In this document: piece by piece, positions 21,768 to 32,000 of the stretch
How positions within the stretch are numbered: position 1 is the stretch's first letter
Layout: the number at the start of each line of letters is the position of its first letter
Source: Dickeya dadantii NCPPB 898
Lineage (GTDB): Bacteria > Pseudomonadota > Gammaproteobacteria > Enterobacterales > Enterobacteriaceae
Assembly: GCF_000406145.1 (NCBI RefSeq)
Contig: NZ_CM001976.1
Location: 2,413,543-2,445,542 of the forward strand
Direction: 5' to 3'
Length of the DNA stretch: 32,000 bases
Notes under the pieces: generated by a model
Databases searched by the model: none
What the model was told of the DNA's origin: nothing
What the model saw: only the letters and a program-made list of their open reading frames with translations
Made by a program: the position numbers and the translations under genes

Positions 21768-23156
21768 TTACAGCGCTTTCAGAATCGCCTCGACGCTTTC
21801 TTTGGCATCGCCAAACAGCATCTGGGTGTTTTCCTTGAAGAACAGCGGGTTCTGTACACCGGCATAGCCGGTATTCATCGACCGTTTGAACACAATCACG
21901 TTTTGCGCTTTCCACACTTCCAGCACCGGCATACCGGCAATCGGGCTATGCGGATCTTCCTGCGCCGCCGGATTGACGGTGTCGTTGGCGCCGATCACCA
22001 GCACGGTGTCGGTATCAGCGAAATCATCATTGATTTCATCCATTTCCAACACAATGTCGTAAGGCACTTTGGCTTCCGCCAGCAGCACGTTCATATGCCC
22101 CGGCAAACGCCCGGCCACCGGGTGGATACCGAAACGCACGTTGACGCCGCGCGCCCGCAGTTTGGCGGTAATGTCATGCACCGGATACTGTGCCTGCGCC
22201 ACCGCCATGCCGTACCCCGGTGTAATGATCACCGACGTGGAGTTTTTCAGCAGTTCCGCCACCTCTTCCGCCGTGGTTTCACGATGCTCGCCCACCGCCT
22301 CATCACTGCTGGTGGAAGAACCATCGGTACCGAAACCACCGGCAATCACGCTAATGAACGACCGGTTCATCGCCTTGCACATGATGTAAGACAGGATGGC
22401 GCCGGAAGACCCGACCAACGCGCCGGTAACGATCAGCAGATCGTTGCTCAACATGAAGCCAGCGGCCGCCGCGGCCCAACCGGAATAGGAGTTCAGCATG
22501 GAAACCACCACCGGCATATCCGCGCCGCCGATAGACGCCACCAGATGCCAGCCAAACGCCAGCGCAATCAGCGTCATCAGCAACAGCGCAAACACCTGCA
22601 TTGCTACGCTGCCGGTTTTAACAAACACCAGCAACAGCAGGAATGACAATACCAGCGCCAGCAGATTCAGCTTATGACGGTTAGGCAACATCAGCGGTTT
22701 AGATGAGAACAAACCGCGTAGCTTGCCAAACGCGACGATCGAGCCGGTAAAGGTTACCGAACCGATGAAAATCCCCAGAAACACTTCGGTCAGATGGATA
22801 TTTTCCATGATCGGGTCGGCAATATCGCCTTCGCCGATAAAGCTGTTAAAACCGACCAGCACCGCCGCCAGACCGACAAAACTGTGCAGAATCGCCACCA
22901 GCTCCGGCATCTCGGTCATTTCCACTTTGCGAGCCAGATGCACGCCGATAGCGCCGCCAATCACCATCGCCGCGATAATCCACCCCACGTTGCCGGCGTT
23001 CGGCCCAAGAATGGTCGCCAGCAGCGCAATGGTCATCCCGCTGATGCCGAAAATGTTCCCCTGACGGGACGTCTCGTGTTTGGATAAGCCAGCCAGGCTG
23101 AAAATAAACAAAATTGCAGCAACGATATACGCTGCCGTCACTAGTCCTCCAGACAT
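21768..23156 (-). CDS. pntB: NAD(P) transhydrogenase subunit beta
   Basis: [34 protein letters not shown].. and the C-terminal NADP(H) domain ..[33 protein letters not shown].. match E. coli PntB. 462 aa. Confidence 0.97.
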   Translation of the reverse strand: MSGGLVTAAYIVAAILFIFSLAGLSKHETSRQGNIFGISGMTIALLATILGPNAGNVGWIIAAMVIGGAIGVHLARKVEMTEMPELVAILHSFVGLAAVLVGFNSFIGEGDIADPIMENIHLTEVFLGIFIGSVTFTGSIVAFGKLRGLFSSKPLMLPNRHKLNLLALVLSFLLLLVFVKTGSVAMQVFALLLMTLIALAFGWHLVASIGGADMPVVVSMLNSYSGWAAAAAGFMLSNDLLIVTGALVGSSGAILSYIMCKAMNRSFISVIAGGFGTDGSSTSSDEAVGEHRETTAEEVAELLKNSTSVIITPGYGMAVAQAQYPVHDITAKLRARGVNVRFGIHPVAGRLPGHMNVLLAEAKVPYDIVLEMDEINDDFADTDTVLVIGANDTVNPAAQEDPHSPIAGMPVLEVWKAQNVIVFKRSMNTGYAGVQNPLFFKENTQMLFGDAKESVEAILKAL

Positions 23157-23166
23157 CCGTTACCCC

Positions 23167-24699
23167 TTAATTCTTGCGGAACATTTTCAGCATGCGCTGA
23201 GTGACGGTAAACCCGCCGAAAATATTGATGCTGGCGATCAGCACGGCGATGAAAGAGAAAAAGGACACCCATCCACCATGTCCGATCTGCAACAACGCGC
23301 CCACCACAATGATGCCGGAAATGGCATTGGTGACCGACATCAACGGCGTATGCAGCGCGTGGCTGACGTTCCAGACCACGTAGTACCCCACCACGCAGGA
23401 CAGCGCGAATACGGTGAAGTGCGACAGGAACTCTTTCGGCGCCACATTCGCCAGCCAGCCAAACAGCACAATCGCGATAGCGATGAAAATAAATTTCTTC
23501 CAGGGCGACGCGGGTTTAGCGTCCTGCTGCGCGACGGCCGCCGCGGCCGGTTTGGCCTGTTGCGGCTGAGCGGAAACCTGAATCGGCGGCGCCGGCCAGG
23601 TGATTTCGCCGGCCTTGATGACCGTTACGCCACGGATGACGGTATCCTCGAAATCGATCTCGATCTCGCCGTTCTTCTCTTTGCACAGCAGCTTCAACAG
23701 GTTCACCAGATTGGTGCCGTACAGTTGTGAAGACTGGGTCGGCAAACGGCTCGGCAGATCGGTATAACCGATGATTTTCACACCATTTTCCGTCACCGTG
23801 ACCCGATCCGCGACGGTCAGCTCGCAGTTACCGCCGGTCTGGGCCGCCAGGTCGACAATCACGCTGCCGGGTTTCATGCTCTGCACCATCTCTTTGGTGA
23901 TCAAGCGCGGAGCCGGTTTGCCGGGGATCAGCGCCGTGGTGACAAGAATATCCACCTCTTGCGCCTGCGCCGCGAACAACGCCATTTCCGCCTTGATAAA
24001 GGCTTCAGACATCACCTTGGCGTAGCCGTCGCCGCTGCCGGCTTCTTCTTCGAATTCCAGCTCCAGGAACTCGGCGCCCATGCTTTTAACCTGTTCTTTC
24101 ACTTCCGGGCGGGTATCAAACGCACGCACAATGGCGCCCAGGCTGCCTGCCGCGCCAATCGCGGCCAGACCCGCCACGCCCGCGCCGATGATCAGCACCT
24201 TGGCCGGCGGCACTTTACCCGCCGCCGTGATCTGACCGGTGAAGAAACGGCCGAATTCATGCGCGGCTTCGACAATGGCGCGATAACCGGCAATATTCGC
24301 CATTGAACTCAACGCATCCATCGACTGTGCGCGCGAAATACGGGGAACGGAATCCATCGCCAGCACCGTCACCTGGCGGGCCGCCAGCGTTTCCAGCAAT
24401 GCCGGGTTCTGCGCCGGCCAGATGAAGCTGATGATCGTGCTTCCGGCACGGGTCAATTCCACTTCCTCATCCAGCGGGGCGTTAACCTTGAGCAGGATAT
24501 CGCTCTGCCAGACAGCCGCCGTATCCAGAATCGTTGCGCCGGCCTGCTCGTAAGCCTCATCCTCAAAACTGGCGAGTTTTCCGGCCCCACGCTCAATGGC
24601 GACCTCAAAGCCCAGTTTCAGCAGCTGCTCCACCGTTTTTGGCGTGGCTGCGACACGGGCTTCATTGGCCAACCTCTCTTTTGGTACACCAATACGCAT
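23167..24699 (-). CDS. pntA: NAD(P) transhydrogenase subunit alpha
   Basis: [40 protein letters not shown].., Rossmann motif [18 protein letters not shown]-terminal TM helices. 510 aa, as in E. coli PntA. Confidence 0.97.
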   Translation of the reverse strand: MRIGVPKERLANEARVAATPKTVEQLLKLGFEVAIERGAGKLASFEDEAYEQAGATILDTAAVWQSDILLKVNAPLDEEVELTRAGSTIISFIWPAQNPALLETLAARQVTVLAMDSVPRISRAQSMDALSSMANIAGYRAIVEAAHEFGRFFTGQITAAGKVPPAKVLIIGAGVAGLAAIGAAGSLGAIVRAFDTRPEVKEQVKSMGAEFLELEFEEEAGSGDGYAKVMSEAFIKAEMALFAAQAQEVDILVTTALIPGKPAPRLITKEMVQSMKPGSVIVDLAAQTGGNCELTVADRVTVTENGVKIIGYTDLPSRLPTQSSQLYGTNLVNLLKLLCKEKNGEIEIDFEDTVIRGVTVIKAGEITWPAPPIQVSAQPQQAKPAAAAVAQQDAKPASPWKKFIFIAIAIVLFGWLANVAPKEFLSHFTVFALSCVVGYYVVWNVSHALHTPLMSVTNAISGIIVVGALLQIGHGGWVSFFSFIAVLIASINIFGGFTVTQRMLKMFRKN

Positions 24700-25209
24700 T
24701 GTGAATCCCTTTTCGTTGTCACGAAGGTTTTATATGGTTGTGTCAATCACCTAAAAACTAACTTGTCGCCGTTGCCAGCACCCTCAGGCGATAGCGATAA
24801 GTCCCTTTATAACCTACTTAAAATGGAATTAATGATCCACCGCTAAAACCATTAGGTTCTAAAAGCAGAATTTTGACAGGTGACGATGGCTATTTATGGT
24901 TAAAAATCACAGCTAAAACAGATTTTTCTAACATTATTACCATATTAATGTTTCGAGCCATCTCACAAAAAGCCCCTGTTAACGCTTTGTTAAGCGCACT
25001 GATTCTGATAAATATCGTTTATAAAAGGAATTCGGTTATTAATAGTGATTATTTCCATTTTTCTCTTCTTCCATTATCAACTCAGCGGTTTTGCGGGATT
25101 TGGCTTAAAATGCAGAGGCATAACGTCAGGTTCCGTGCCATAATCAGCGGCTACCACAGAAGATGGCTTGGTACGTATTCACCGTATGCGTCAGGCGAAA
25201 GGATTTTTT

Positions 25210-26160
25210 ATGAAGCTGAAAACTAGCGTTGTTGCATCAACTCTTTTATCAATAGTAGCGTTTTCGGCGCAGGCTGCGCAGGAACTTACGCCAGAGAAAG
25301 CAGAATCACTAAAACCCTTTGAGCGTATTACCTTTTTAGGTCGTTACGATGCCATTTACGAAGCAGCGTCCGATGCCTCTAAAAAGGCGGATGAGCGTGG
25401 CGCGGCGGCTTTTTATATCCAAAGCACCTCGGAAGTGAACGGTGGGCGCTGGGCCGTTACCGTGGATCTGTACCACAAGGACGCGCCGGAAGCGACCAAA
25501 GACACCAACTACCGTGAATTCAGCGGCGTGAAAGAACTGCCGAAAGATGACGCGGTACGTCTGGAACCCTATGACACGGTCACAGTCACCGGTTATTTTG
25601 GCAACCAGCCGGAAGTGAATGAAGCCATTGGCAAAGCAGCCAAGCAGAAAAACGCGTATTCCTTCTATATCGTGCGTCAGGTCGATATCAACTCCAGCGG
25701 CGCAACCCAGTCCATCACCGCTTTCGTCTACAAAAAAGATGCGCCGAAACGTCAGGTGCAAAGCCCGGACGCCATCCCGGCAAACTCGGAAGCCGGCAAA
25801 GCAGCGATTGCCGCTGGCGGCGCAGCGGCTTCCAAAGTGGAAATCCCTGGCGTAGCTACCTCTTCTAGCCTGAGTAATAAAGTGGGTAACTTTTTCCAGA
25901 CCCAGTCTTCCTCTGTCGGATCACGTTACAGCGTCACCATGCCCGATGGCACAAAAATTCAGGAGCTGAATAACGCGACGGCGGCACAGATGGCACCGTT
26001 TGACTCCATTAGCTTCCGTGATAGCTTCAGTAGCCCCACGGATATTTCTGAAGAGGTAGCGAAGCGAGCGGCGAAAAAAGGCGCCAAGTTCTACCACATC
26101 ACCAAAGAGTGGCAGGAAAACGGCGACCACTACACCATCAGCGCCGACTTGTATAAATAA
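25210..26160 (+). CDS. ydgH: YdgH-like periplasmic protein with three YdgH/BhsA/McbA-type (DUF1471) repeats
   Basis: ATG at 25210 (SD AAAGGA) gives signal peptide MKLKTSVVASTLLSIVAFSAQA and 316 aa. Three repeats end ..AAAFYIQS.., ..AYSFYIVRQ.., ..AKFYHITKE... It is divergent from pntA, as in E. coli. Confidence 0.85.
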   Translation: MKLKTSVVASTLLSIVAFSAQAAQELTPEKAESLKPFERITFLGRYDAIYEAASDASKKADERGAAAFYIQSTSEVNGGRWAVTVDLYHKDAPEATKDTNYREFSGVKELPKDDAVRLEPYDTVTVTGYFGNQPEVNEAIGKAAKQKNAYSFYIVRQVDINSSGATQSITAFVYKKDAPKRQVQSPDAIPANSEAGKAAIAAGGAAASKVEIPGVATSSSLSNKVGNFFQTQSSSVGSRYSVTMPDGTKIQELNNATAAQMAPFDSISFRDSFSSPTDISEEVAKRAAKKGAKFYHITKEWQENGDHYTISADLYK

Positions 26161-26193
26161 TCGTTTTGTACAAATAACCATGGTTCGATGCAT

Positions 26194-26222
26194 AAAAAAA
26201 CCGCCTGTTGGCGGTTTTTTTA
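26194..26222. terminator. Bidirectional terminator between ydgH and kdsA
   Basis: A7, ACCGCC (26200-26205), loop TGTT, GGCGGT (26210-26215), T7. Confidence 0.85.
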
Positions 26223-26236
26223 CATCTGCGGGTAAA

Positions 26237-27100
<864 letters not shown>

Positions 27101-27147
27101 TTATTGTCGGATAAATCAGATGATCGGGGTTCAGGCGTTTTACCGAA

Positions 27148-27957
27148 CTAGTGCAGCACAATCTGCTTCTGCTCGATAGAGTGAATCTGCACCTTAATCA
27201 TTTCGCTAACCGGATCTTCCGGGCATTGTTCCACGAAATAGCTCAGGTCTGACAAGGCGATATGATCGCATTCCAGTTGGGCGTAAATCAGGCCACGGTC
27301 ACGGATTTCATACGGATCTTCCGGGTCGAACTGCAGCACGGCTTCACTGGCGCGCAGCGCCAGCTCCATCTGTTTCTCTTCCATCAGCGCGACCTTGAGC
27401 GTATCCAGCAGCTTGCGGACAATCATCACGTTTTCCGCTTCATCCAGATCGCTGTCCATCAGCCTGGCGGAAAGACCAATGTTGCCTTTTAGCCACACTT
27501 CCAGCACGTGTTCGCTCAGCGTGTCGCCGTTTAGCGGATTAATCAGCCACATTTCATCGTCGAGCCAGTCGGCGCGTAAAATCAGCTGGGTCGGGAAAAT
27601 TACCGGCATCAGCGGCAACCCCAGCTGATTAGCGATATGCAGGAAGATAATTCCCAACGATACCGGCATCCCCTGTCGGGTAGCCAGCACGTTGTCCAGC
27701 CACAGTACGTCGGACAAATGGTAAACGCCACTGGCGCCGCCAAAGCCCCAGGAATGGAAGAAGAGCTCAATGAGCTGTTCCAGCTGTTGATCCTGATCCA
27801 GATCGGCGGAGATGACCGCCCGCGCTTCTTCAACGAGTTGCTGCAGATTTTGTCTCACTTCCTGCGCGGAAAAATCGCGGCGTATTGACTGGGAAACCAG
27901 AATCACGCCTTCACTTAAGGGGGACTGGTTAAATTCAAAATCAGCAATAGAACTCAT
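27148..27957 (-). CDS. sirB1: SirB1/YchA family protein (transglutaminase-like N-terminal region plus TPR-like C-terminus)
   Basis: It lies between prmC and kdsA, as E. coli ychA does. The ATG at 27957 gives 269 aa, the length I recall for YchA. The ORF track's start at 27993 would add 12 aa. The call rests mainly on synteny and size. Confidence 0.7.
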   Translation of the reverse strand: MSSIADFEFNQSPLSEGVILVSQSIRRDFSAQEVRQNLQQLVEEARAVISADLDQDQQLEQLIELFFHSWGFGGASGVYHLSDVLWLDNVLATRQGMPVSLGIIFLHIANQLGLPLMPVIFPTQLILRADWLDDEMWLINPLNGDTLSEHVLEVWLKGNIGLSARLMDSDLDEAENVMIVRKLLDTLKVALMEEKQMELALRASEAVLQFDPEDPYEIRDRGLIYAQLECDHIALSDLSYFVEQCPEDPVSEMIKVQIHSIEQKQIVLH

Positions 27958-28178
27958 AGTTATTCCATCAAGCAAAGATAACGTCAGCTGCACGCCTGAA
28001 AAAGCAAATTATTCATCAGCCCATGCACGCCTTGCGGGCGCGGAAGCCAGCGGATCAGATAATAATGCCAAACCTGGCGCTCGTCAGCAGGTCTGTCCAG
28101 AACGTCGAGCGATAATCATGGCTAATCATTACCAATGTGATCCGGCTCAAGCCCCGGCAACGCAGGTTGAGGCCGCAT

Positions 28179-29030
28179 TCAACGCCCGTAGATTGCCCCG
28201 GCGGGCCATTGCCCCAGCGTCACTCGCTCATTATCGCCATAATCGCGGTAGGTTTTCACTTGCACAAAACCATACTGCGTCAGTAATGACCGTACCGCAT
28301 CGCCCTGCTGCCAGCCGTGTTCCAGCAGTAGCCAGCCGCTATCCAGCAAAAATCCCCCCGCTTGCCGGATAATTTGCCGCAAATCAGCCAGCCCAGCCTC
28401 TCTCGCCACCAGCGCGCTGGCGGGTTCGAAACGCACATCGCCTCGCGACAGGTGCGGGTCATGCTCGTCAATGTAGGGAGGATTGCTGACAATCAGAGAG
28501 AAACGCTGCCCATTCAGCGGCGAAAACCAGTCTCCCGGCAAAAACCGGGCATTGGCGATTCCCAACTGACTGGCGTTATGATTGGCCAGCGCCACCGCGT
28601 CGGGCTGACGATCAATCCCCACCACCTGACAATCCGGCCGCTCATGCGCAATCGCCAATGCAATCGCTCCGGTGCCGGTGCCCAAATCCAGCACCGATGA
28701 GGCACCGGCGGGCAAATGCGCCAGCGCGTGTTCAACCAAACATTCGGTATCCGGACGCGGGATCAGCGTCGCCGGCGATACGGCCAGCGATAGCGACCAG
28801 AACTCCCGATGCCCGACCAGATAGGCAATCGGCTCGCCGGTGGCGCGGCGCGCCAGCAAGGCTGCAAGCGCCGAGCCCTCGCCATCGGTCAACTCGGTTT
28901 CACCAAACGCCAACAGAAACGTGCGACCTTTTCCGGTCACATGTTCCAACAGAATCTCGGCGTCTCGCTTCGGGCTGTCGCTGGCCTGCAGTCGGGCTGC
29001 CGCCTGTTTCAGCCAGTCCTGATAATTCAT
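28179..29030 (-). CDS. prmC: Release factor glutamine N5-methyltransferase
   Basis: SAM motif [14 protein letters not shown] and catalytic NPPY (..IVSNPPYI..). Its start overlaps the prfA stop (ATGA at 29027-29030). Confidence 0.95.
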   Translation of the reverse strand: MNYQDWLKQAAARLQASDSPKRDAEILLEHVTGKGRTFLLAFGETELTDGEGSALAALLARRATGEPIAYLVGHREFWSLSLAVSPATLIPRPDTECLVEHALAHLPAGASSVLDLGTGTGAIALAIAHERPDCQVVGIDRQPDAVALANHNASQLGIANARFLPGDWFSPLNGQRFSLIVSNPPYIDEHDPHLSRGDVRFEPASALVAREAGLADLRQIIRQAGGFLLDSGWLLLEHGWQQGDAVRSLLTQYGFVQVKTYRDYGDNERVTLGQWPAGAIYGR

Positions 29031-30112
29031 TGATCCTGCTCGGCCAGCGCCGCCAGTTGATCCGCCTGATATTCCTGCACGATAGGCTGAATCAGCATAT
29101 CCAGTTTGCCTTCCATCGCCTCGTCCAGCCGATAGAGCGTCAGGTTGATACGATGATCGGTCACCCTTCCCTGCGGAAAGTTGTAGGTGCGGATACGGTC
29201 GGAGCGGTCGCCGCTGCCCAACAGGTTACGCCGGGTCGAGGCTTCTTCCTGCTGGCGCTTTTGCATTTCCGCGGCGCGAATGCGGGCAGCCAGCACCGAC
29301 AATGCTTTGGCTTTGTTCTTGTGCTGTGAACGCTCATCCTGACACTCGACCACAATGCCGGTCGGCAGGTGGGTGATACGGATAGCGGAATCGGTGGTGT
29401 TGACGTGTTGCCCGCCGGCGCCGGAGGAGCGGAAGGTATCGATTCTCAGATCGGCAGGGTTGATATCCGGCAGTTCCGCTTCCGGTACTTCCGGCATCAC
29501 CGCGACGGTACAGGCGGAGGTATGGATACGCCCCTGCGACTCAGTGGCCGGTACCCGCTGCACCCGGTGGCCGCCGGATTCGAATTTCAACTGGCCGTAG
29601 GCGCCGTCGCCCGCTACCTTGGCGATCATCTCTTTGTAGCCGCCGTGTTCGCCGTCGCTGGCGCTCATGACTTCAACCTTCCAGCGGCGGGATTCGGCAT
29701 AACGGCTGTACATACGGAACAGATCGCCGGCAAACAGCGCGGCTTCGTCACCGCCGGTGCCGGCGCGAATTTCAAGGAAACAACCGCGTTCGTCATCCGG
29801 ATCCTTCGGTAGCAACAACACCTGTAATTGCTGTTCCAGTTCTTCGCTGGCCGCTTTAGCCGTTTTCAGTTCGTCCTGCGCCAAATCGCGCATTTCGGGG
29901 TCATCCAGCATCAGTTCGGCCGTGGCGAGATCGTCCTGCGTCTGCTGCCAGCGCTGAAAGCAACGGGTAATGTCGGTAAGTTGCGCGTACTCGCGGGACA
30001 ACGCCCGGAAACGGTCCATATCGGCAATCACGCTGGGTTCTCCCAGCAGCGCCTGCACTTCTTCATGGCGCTCTTGTAACGCTTCCAGTTTGGCAACAAT
30101 AGAAGGCTTCAT
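29027..30112 (-). CDS. prfA: Peptide chain release factor 1
   Basis: GGQ motif (..[24 protein letters not shown]..) and PAT-type recognition region (..[17 protein letters not shown]..). 361 aa. Confidence 0.97.
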   Translation of the reverse strand: MKPSIVAKLEALQERHEEVQALLGEPSVIADMDRFRALSREYAQLTDITRCFQRWQQTQDDLATAELMLDDPEMRDLAQDELKTAKAASEELEQQLQVLLLPKDPDDERGCFLEIRAGTGGDEAALFAGDLFRMYSRYAESRRWKVEVMSASDGEHGGYKEMIAKVAGDGAYGQLKFESGGHRVQRVPATESQGRIHTSACTVAVMPEVPEAELPDINPADLRIDTFRSSGAGGQHVNTTDSAIRITHLPTGIVVECQDERSQHKNKAKALSVLAARIRAAEMQKRQQEEASTRRNLLGSGDRSDRIRTYNFPQGRVTDHRINLTLYRLDEAMEGKLDMLIQPIVQEYQADQLAALAEQDQ

Positions 30113-30159
30113 GCGGGCAGTTCAATCCTGTGTTGAATCATTATGGGGGAAGAAGAATG

Positions 30160-31416
30160 CTAGTTCAGACCGAGGCTGTCACGCAAAATCTGCAAACGCT
30201 CCAGATCGCCGTCGCGGGCGGCCTGTTGCAATGACCGGGTGGGAGCATGAATCAGGCGATTGGTCAGCCGGTGCGCCAGTTCCTGCACGATGGCATCCAC
30301 ATCGCCGCCGTTCTGTATCGCCGCCAGCGCTTTGGCGGTCATATCATCACGCAGGCGATCGGCCTGAGAACGATAGTCGCGGATGGTGTCCACCGCCGCC
30401 TGCGCACGCAGCCAGGCCATGAACTCCGAACACTCCTGCTGCACGATGGACTCAGCCTGAATGGCCGCCGCCTTACGCTGCGCCAGATTGTGCTGAATGA
30501 TCGCCTGCAGATCATCGACGCTATACAGATAAATGTTCGGCAATCGCCCGACTTCAGGCTCGATGTCGCGCGGTACGGCGATGTCCACCATCAGCATCGG
30601 CTGATTACGGCGGGTTTTCATCGTACGCTCCATCATCCCTTTACCGATGATGGGCAACGTACTGGCGGTAGAACTGATGACGATGTCCGCCTGCGGCAAA
30701 TAAGCACCCAGTTCCGCCAGCGTAATCACATCGGCGCCCACTTCTTCGGCCAGCAACTGAGCACGCTCGCGCGTCCGGTTGGCAATCACCATCCGCTTCA
30801 CGCGATGCTCGCGCAAATGACGGGACACCAGTTCGATGGTTTCGCCTGCGCCCACCAGCAGGACATTGACGTCGGCCAAAGATTCGAAGATCTGCCGCGC
30901 CAGCGTACAGGCGGCAAACGCCACCGACACCGCGCTGGCGCCGATATCGGTTTCGGTGCGTACCCGTTTGGCGACGGTAAACGACTTCTGGAACATGCGC
31001 TCCAGTTCGCCTGACAATGAACGTTCGCGCTGAGAATCGGCGAAGGCTTTCTTGACCTGCCCCAGAATCTGCGGTTCGCCCAGCACCAGCGAATCCAGTC
31101 CGCTGGCGACGCGCATCAGATGGCTGACGGCAGCATTGCCTTCGTGCCAGTAGAGATTTTTACGGATTTCATCAGGACTGAGCCGGTGATAATCACACAA
31201 CCAGGCGATCAACTGTTCGCGCCGGTTTTCCTGCTCTTCCACGCTGAGATAAAGTTCGGTGCGATTGCAGGTGGAAAGCAACACCCCGCCCTGAACCAGC
31301 GGTTGCTGTAACAGACTGTGCAGCGCCTGCCCCTGTCTGTCCGGAGAGAACGCTACACGTTCCCGCAGAGAGACTGGTGCTGTTTTATGATTGATGCCAA
31401 GCGCAAGCAGGGTCAT
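30160..31416 (-). CDS. hemA: Glutamyl-tRNA reductase
   Basis: [33 protein letters not shown].. contains the catalytic Cys. NADPH motif [12 protein letters not shown]. 418 aa. Confidence 0.97.
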   Translation of the reverse strand: MTLLALGINHKTAPVSLRERVAFSPDRQGQALHSLLQQPLVQGGVLLSTCNRTELYLSVEEQENRREQLIAWLCDYHRLSPDEIRKNLYWHEGNAAVSHLMRVASGLDSLVLGEPQILGQVKKAFADSQRERSLSGELERMFQKSFTVAKRVRTETDIGASAVSVAFAACTLARQIFESLADVNVLLVGAGETIELVSRHLREHRVKRMVIANRTRERAQLLAEEVGADVITLAELGAYLPQADIVISSTASTLPIIGKGMMERTMKTRRNQPMLMVDIAVPRDIEPEVGRLPNIYLYSVDDLQAIIQHNLAQRKAAAIQAESIVQQECSEFMAWLRAQAAVDTIRDYRSQADRLRDDMTAKALAAIQNGGDVDAIVQELAHRLTNRLIHAPTRSLQQAARDGDLERLQILRDSLGLN

Positions 31417-31625
31417 GGTCTACAGAGTAATCCCGATGTTAGTATGGGTTTCATCTGAGTGGCATTCTACTTGAAGCCTGCGGGCAAGAAAAGTGACCCT
31501 GGGCGACTACATTCACGTTGTTCCACCGCGCCGGGCAGCATCACAGGCATTGACGCTGCCAGTCAACCCCGCTAGCGTGACGCCTTGTTGTGAACCCATG
31601 ATGCTTGTAACAGGACCTTTTCGAC

Positions 31626-32000
31626 ATGCCCAATAATCCCGTTCGCGCCTTACGGTTACTGCCTTTGGCGAGTGTGTTACTGACAGCCTGTACCCTGACG
31701 CAGCCCACCTTGCCGGGTAAAAAACCGACCTCTCCCGAGTGGCGCGAACATGAGCAAAAAGTACAAAATCTGACCCAGTATCAGACCCGCGGCTCCTTCG
31801 CCTATATTTCCGATAGGAAAAAGCTGTACGCCCGTTTCTTCTGGCAACAGCCTTCTCCACAGCGTTACCGTCTGTTGCTCAGCAATCCGCTAGGGGGCAC
31901 AGAACTGGAGCTACAAGTCAGCCCGGACCTGGTGCAGATTACCGACAATCAAGGTAAGCGCTACATGGGTAAAGACGCGCAGCACATGGTTCAGCAGCTC
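31626..32000 (+). CDS. lolB: Outer-membrane lipoprotein LolB (5' part; continues beyond the window)
   Basis: It is not in the ORF track because no stop falls within the window. ATG at 31626: [22 protein letters not shown]|TLTQP.. has a lipobox LTAC. ..[41 protein letters not shown].. matches E. coli LolB. It is divergent from hemA, as in E. coli. Confidence 0.9.
   Translation, partial: MPNNPVRALRLLPLASVLLTACTLTQPTLPGKKPTSPEWREHEQKVQNLTQYQTRGSFAYISDRKKLYARFFWQQPSPQRYRLLLSNPLGGTELELQVSPDLVQITDNQGKRYMGKDAQHMVQQL

Noticed and set aside
24873-25226. 117-aa ORF in the AT-rich pntA/ydgH intergenic region
   Set aside because: It has no SD, its sequence is the kind expected from AT-rich non-coding DNA, and it runs out of frame into the ydgH start. 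The 510-bp region is better read as a divergent promoter region. I found no small hydrophobic toxin-like ORF in it either.
31513-31860. 115-aa minus-strand ORF
   Set aside because: It is antisense to the clearly recognisable lolB 5' region (lipobox and conserved LolB motifs on the + strand).

Overview
This is a chromosomal segment from an Enterobacterales genome. Its core proteins are E. coli-like, it looks moderately GC-rich by eye, and its gene content suggests a plant-associated Pectobacteriaceae-type organism, but the genus cannot be fixed without a database search. The right half (19.1-32 kb) is conserved housekeeping: ogt-fnr-uspE, pntBA, ydgH, kdsA-sirB1-prmC-prfA-hemA, and the divergent 5' part of lolB. 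The left half is niche or accessory. It holds: (i) a six-gene minus-strand cluster with an ABC importer (ATPase, two permeases, binding protein), a GDPD-family glycerophosphodiester phosphodiesterase and an inositol-monophosphatase-family enzyme, next to a divergent ROK regulator; (ii) a divergent LysR regulator and phenolic acid decarboxylase pair; (iii) an orphan SgaT/UlaA-type PTS IIC permease; (iv) a lower-GC islet with a lone GNAT acetyltransferase and two IS remnants (IS630-family and IS200) fused tail to tail; (v) a transmembrane MCP with a sigma-28-type promoter; (vi) an uncharacterised secreted protein; (vii) sodC; (viii) a soluble chemoreceptor whose sensor is a FIST domain pair. I found no rRNA, tRNA, CRISPR array, prophage or recognisable defence system. 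The most novel candidates are the ABC/GDPD/IMPase cluster (possibly glycerophosphoinositol-type scavenging), the cytoplasmic FIST-MCP with an unusual palindromic promoter, and a recurring pattern of short tandem duplications at gene 3' ends (17 bp x5, 18 bp x2, 21 bp x2). All functional calls come from reading motifs and remembered homologies; no searches were run.
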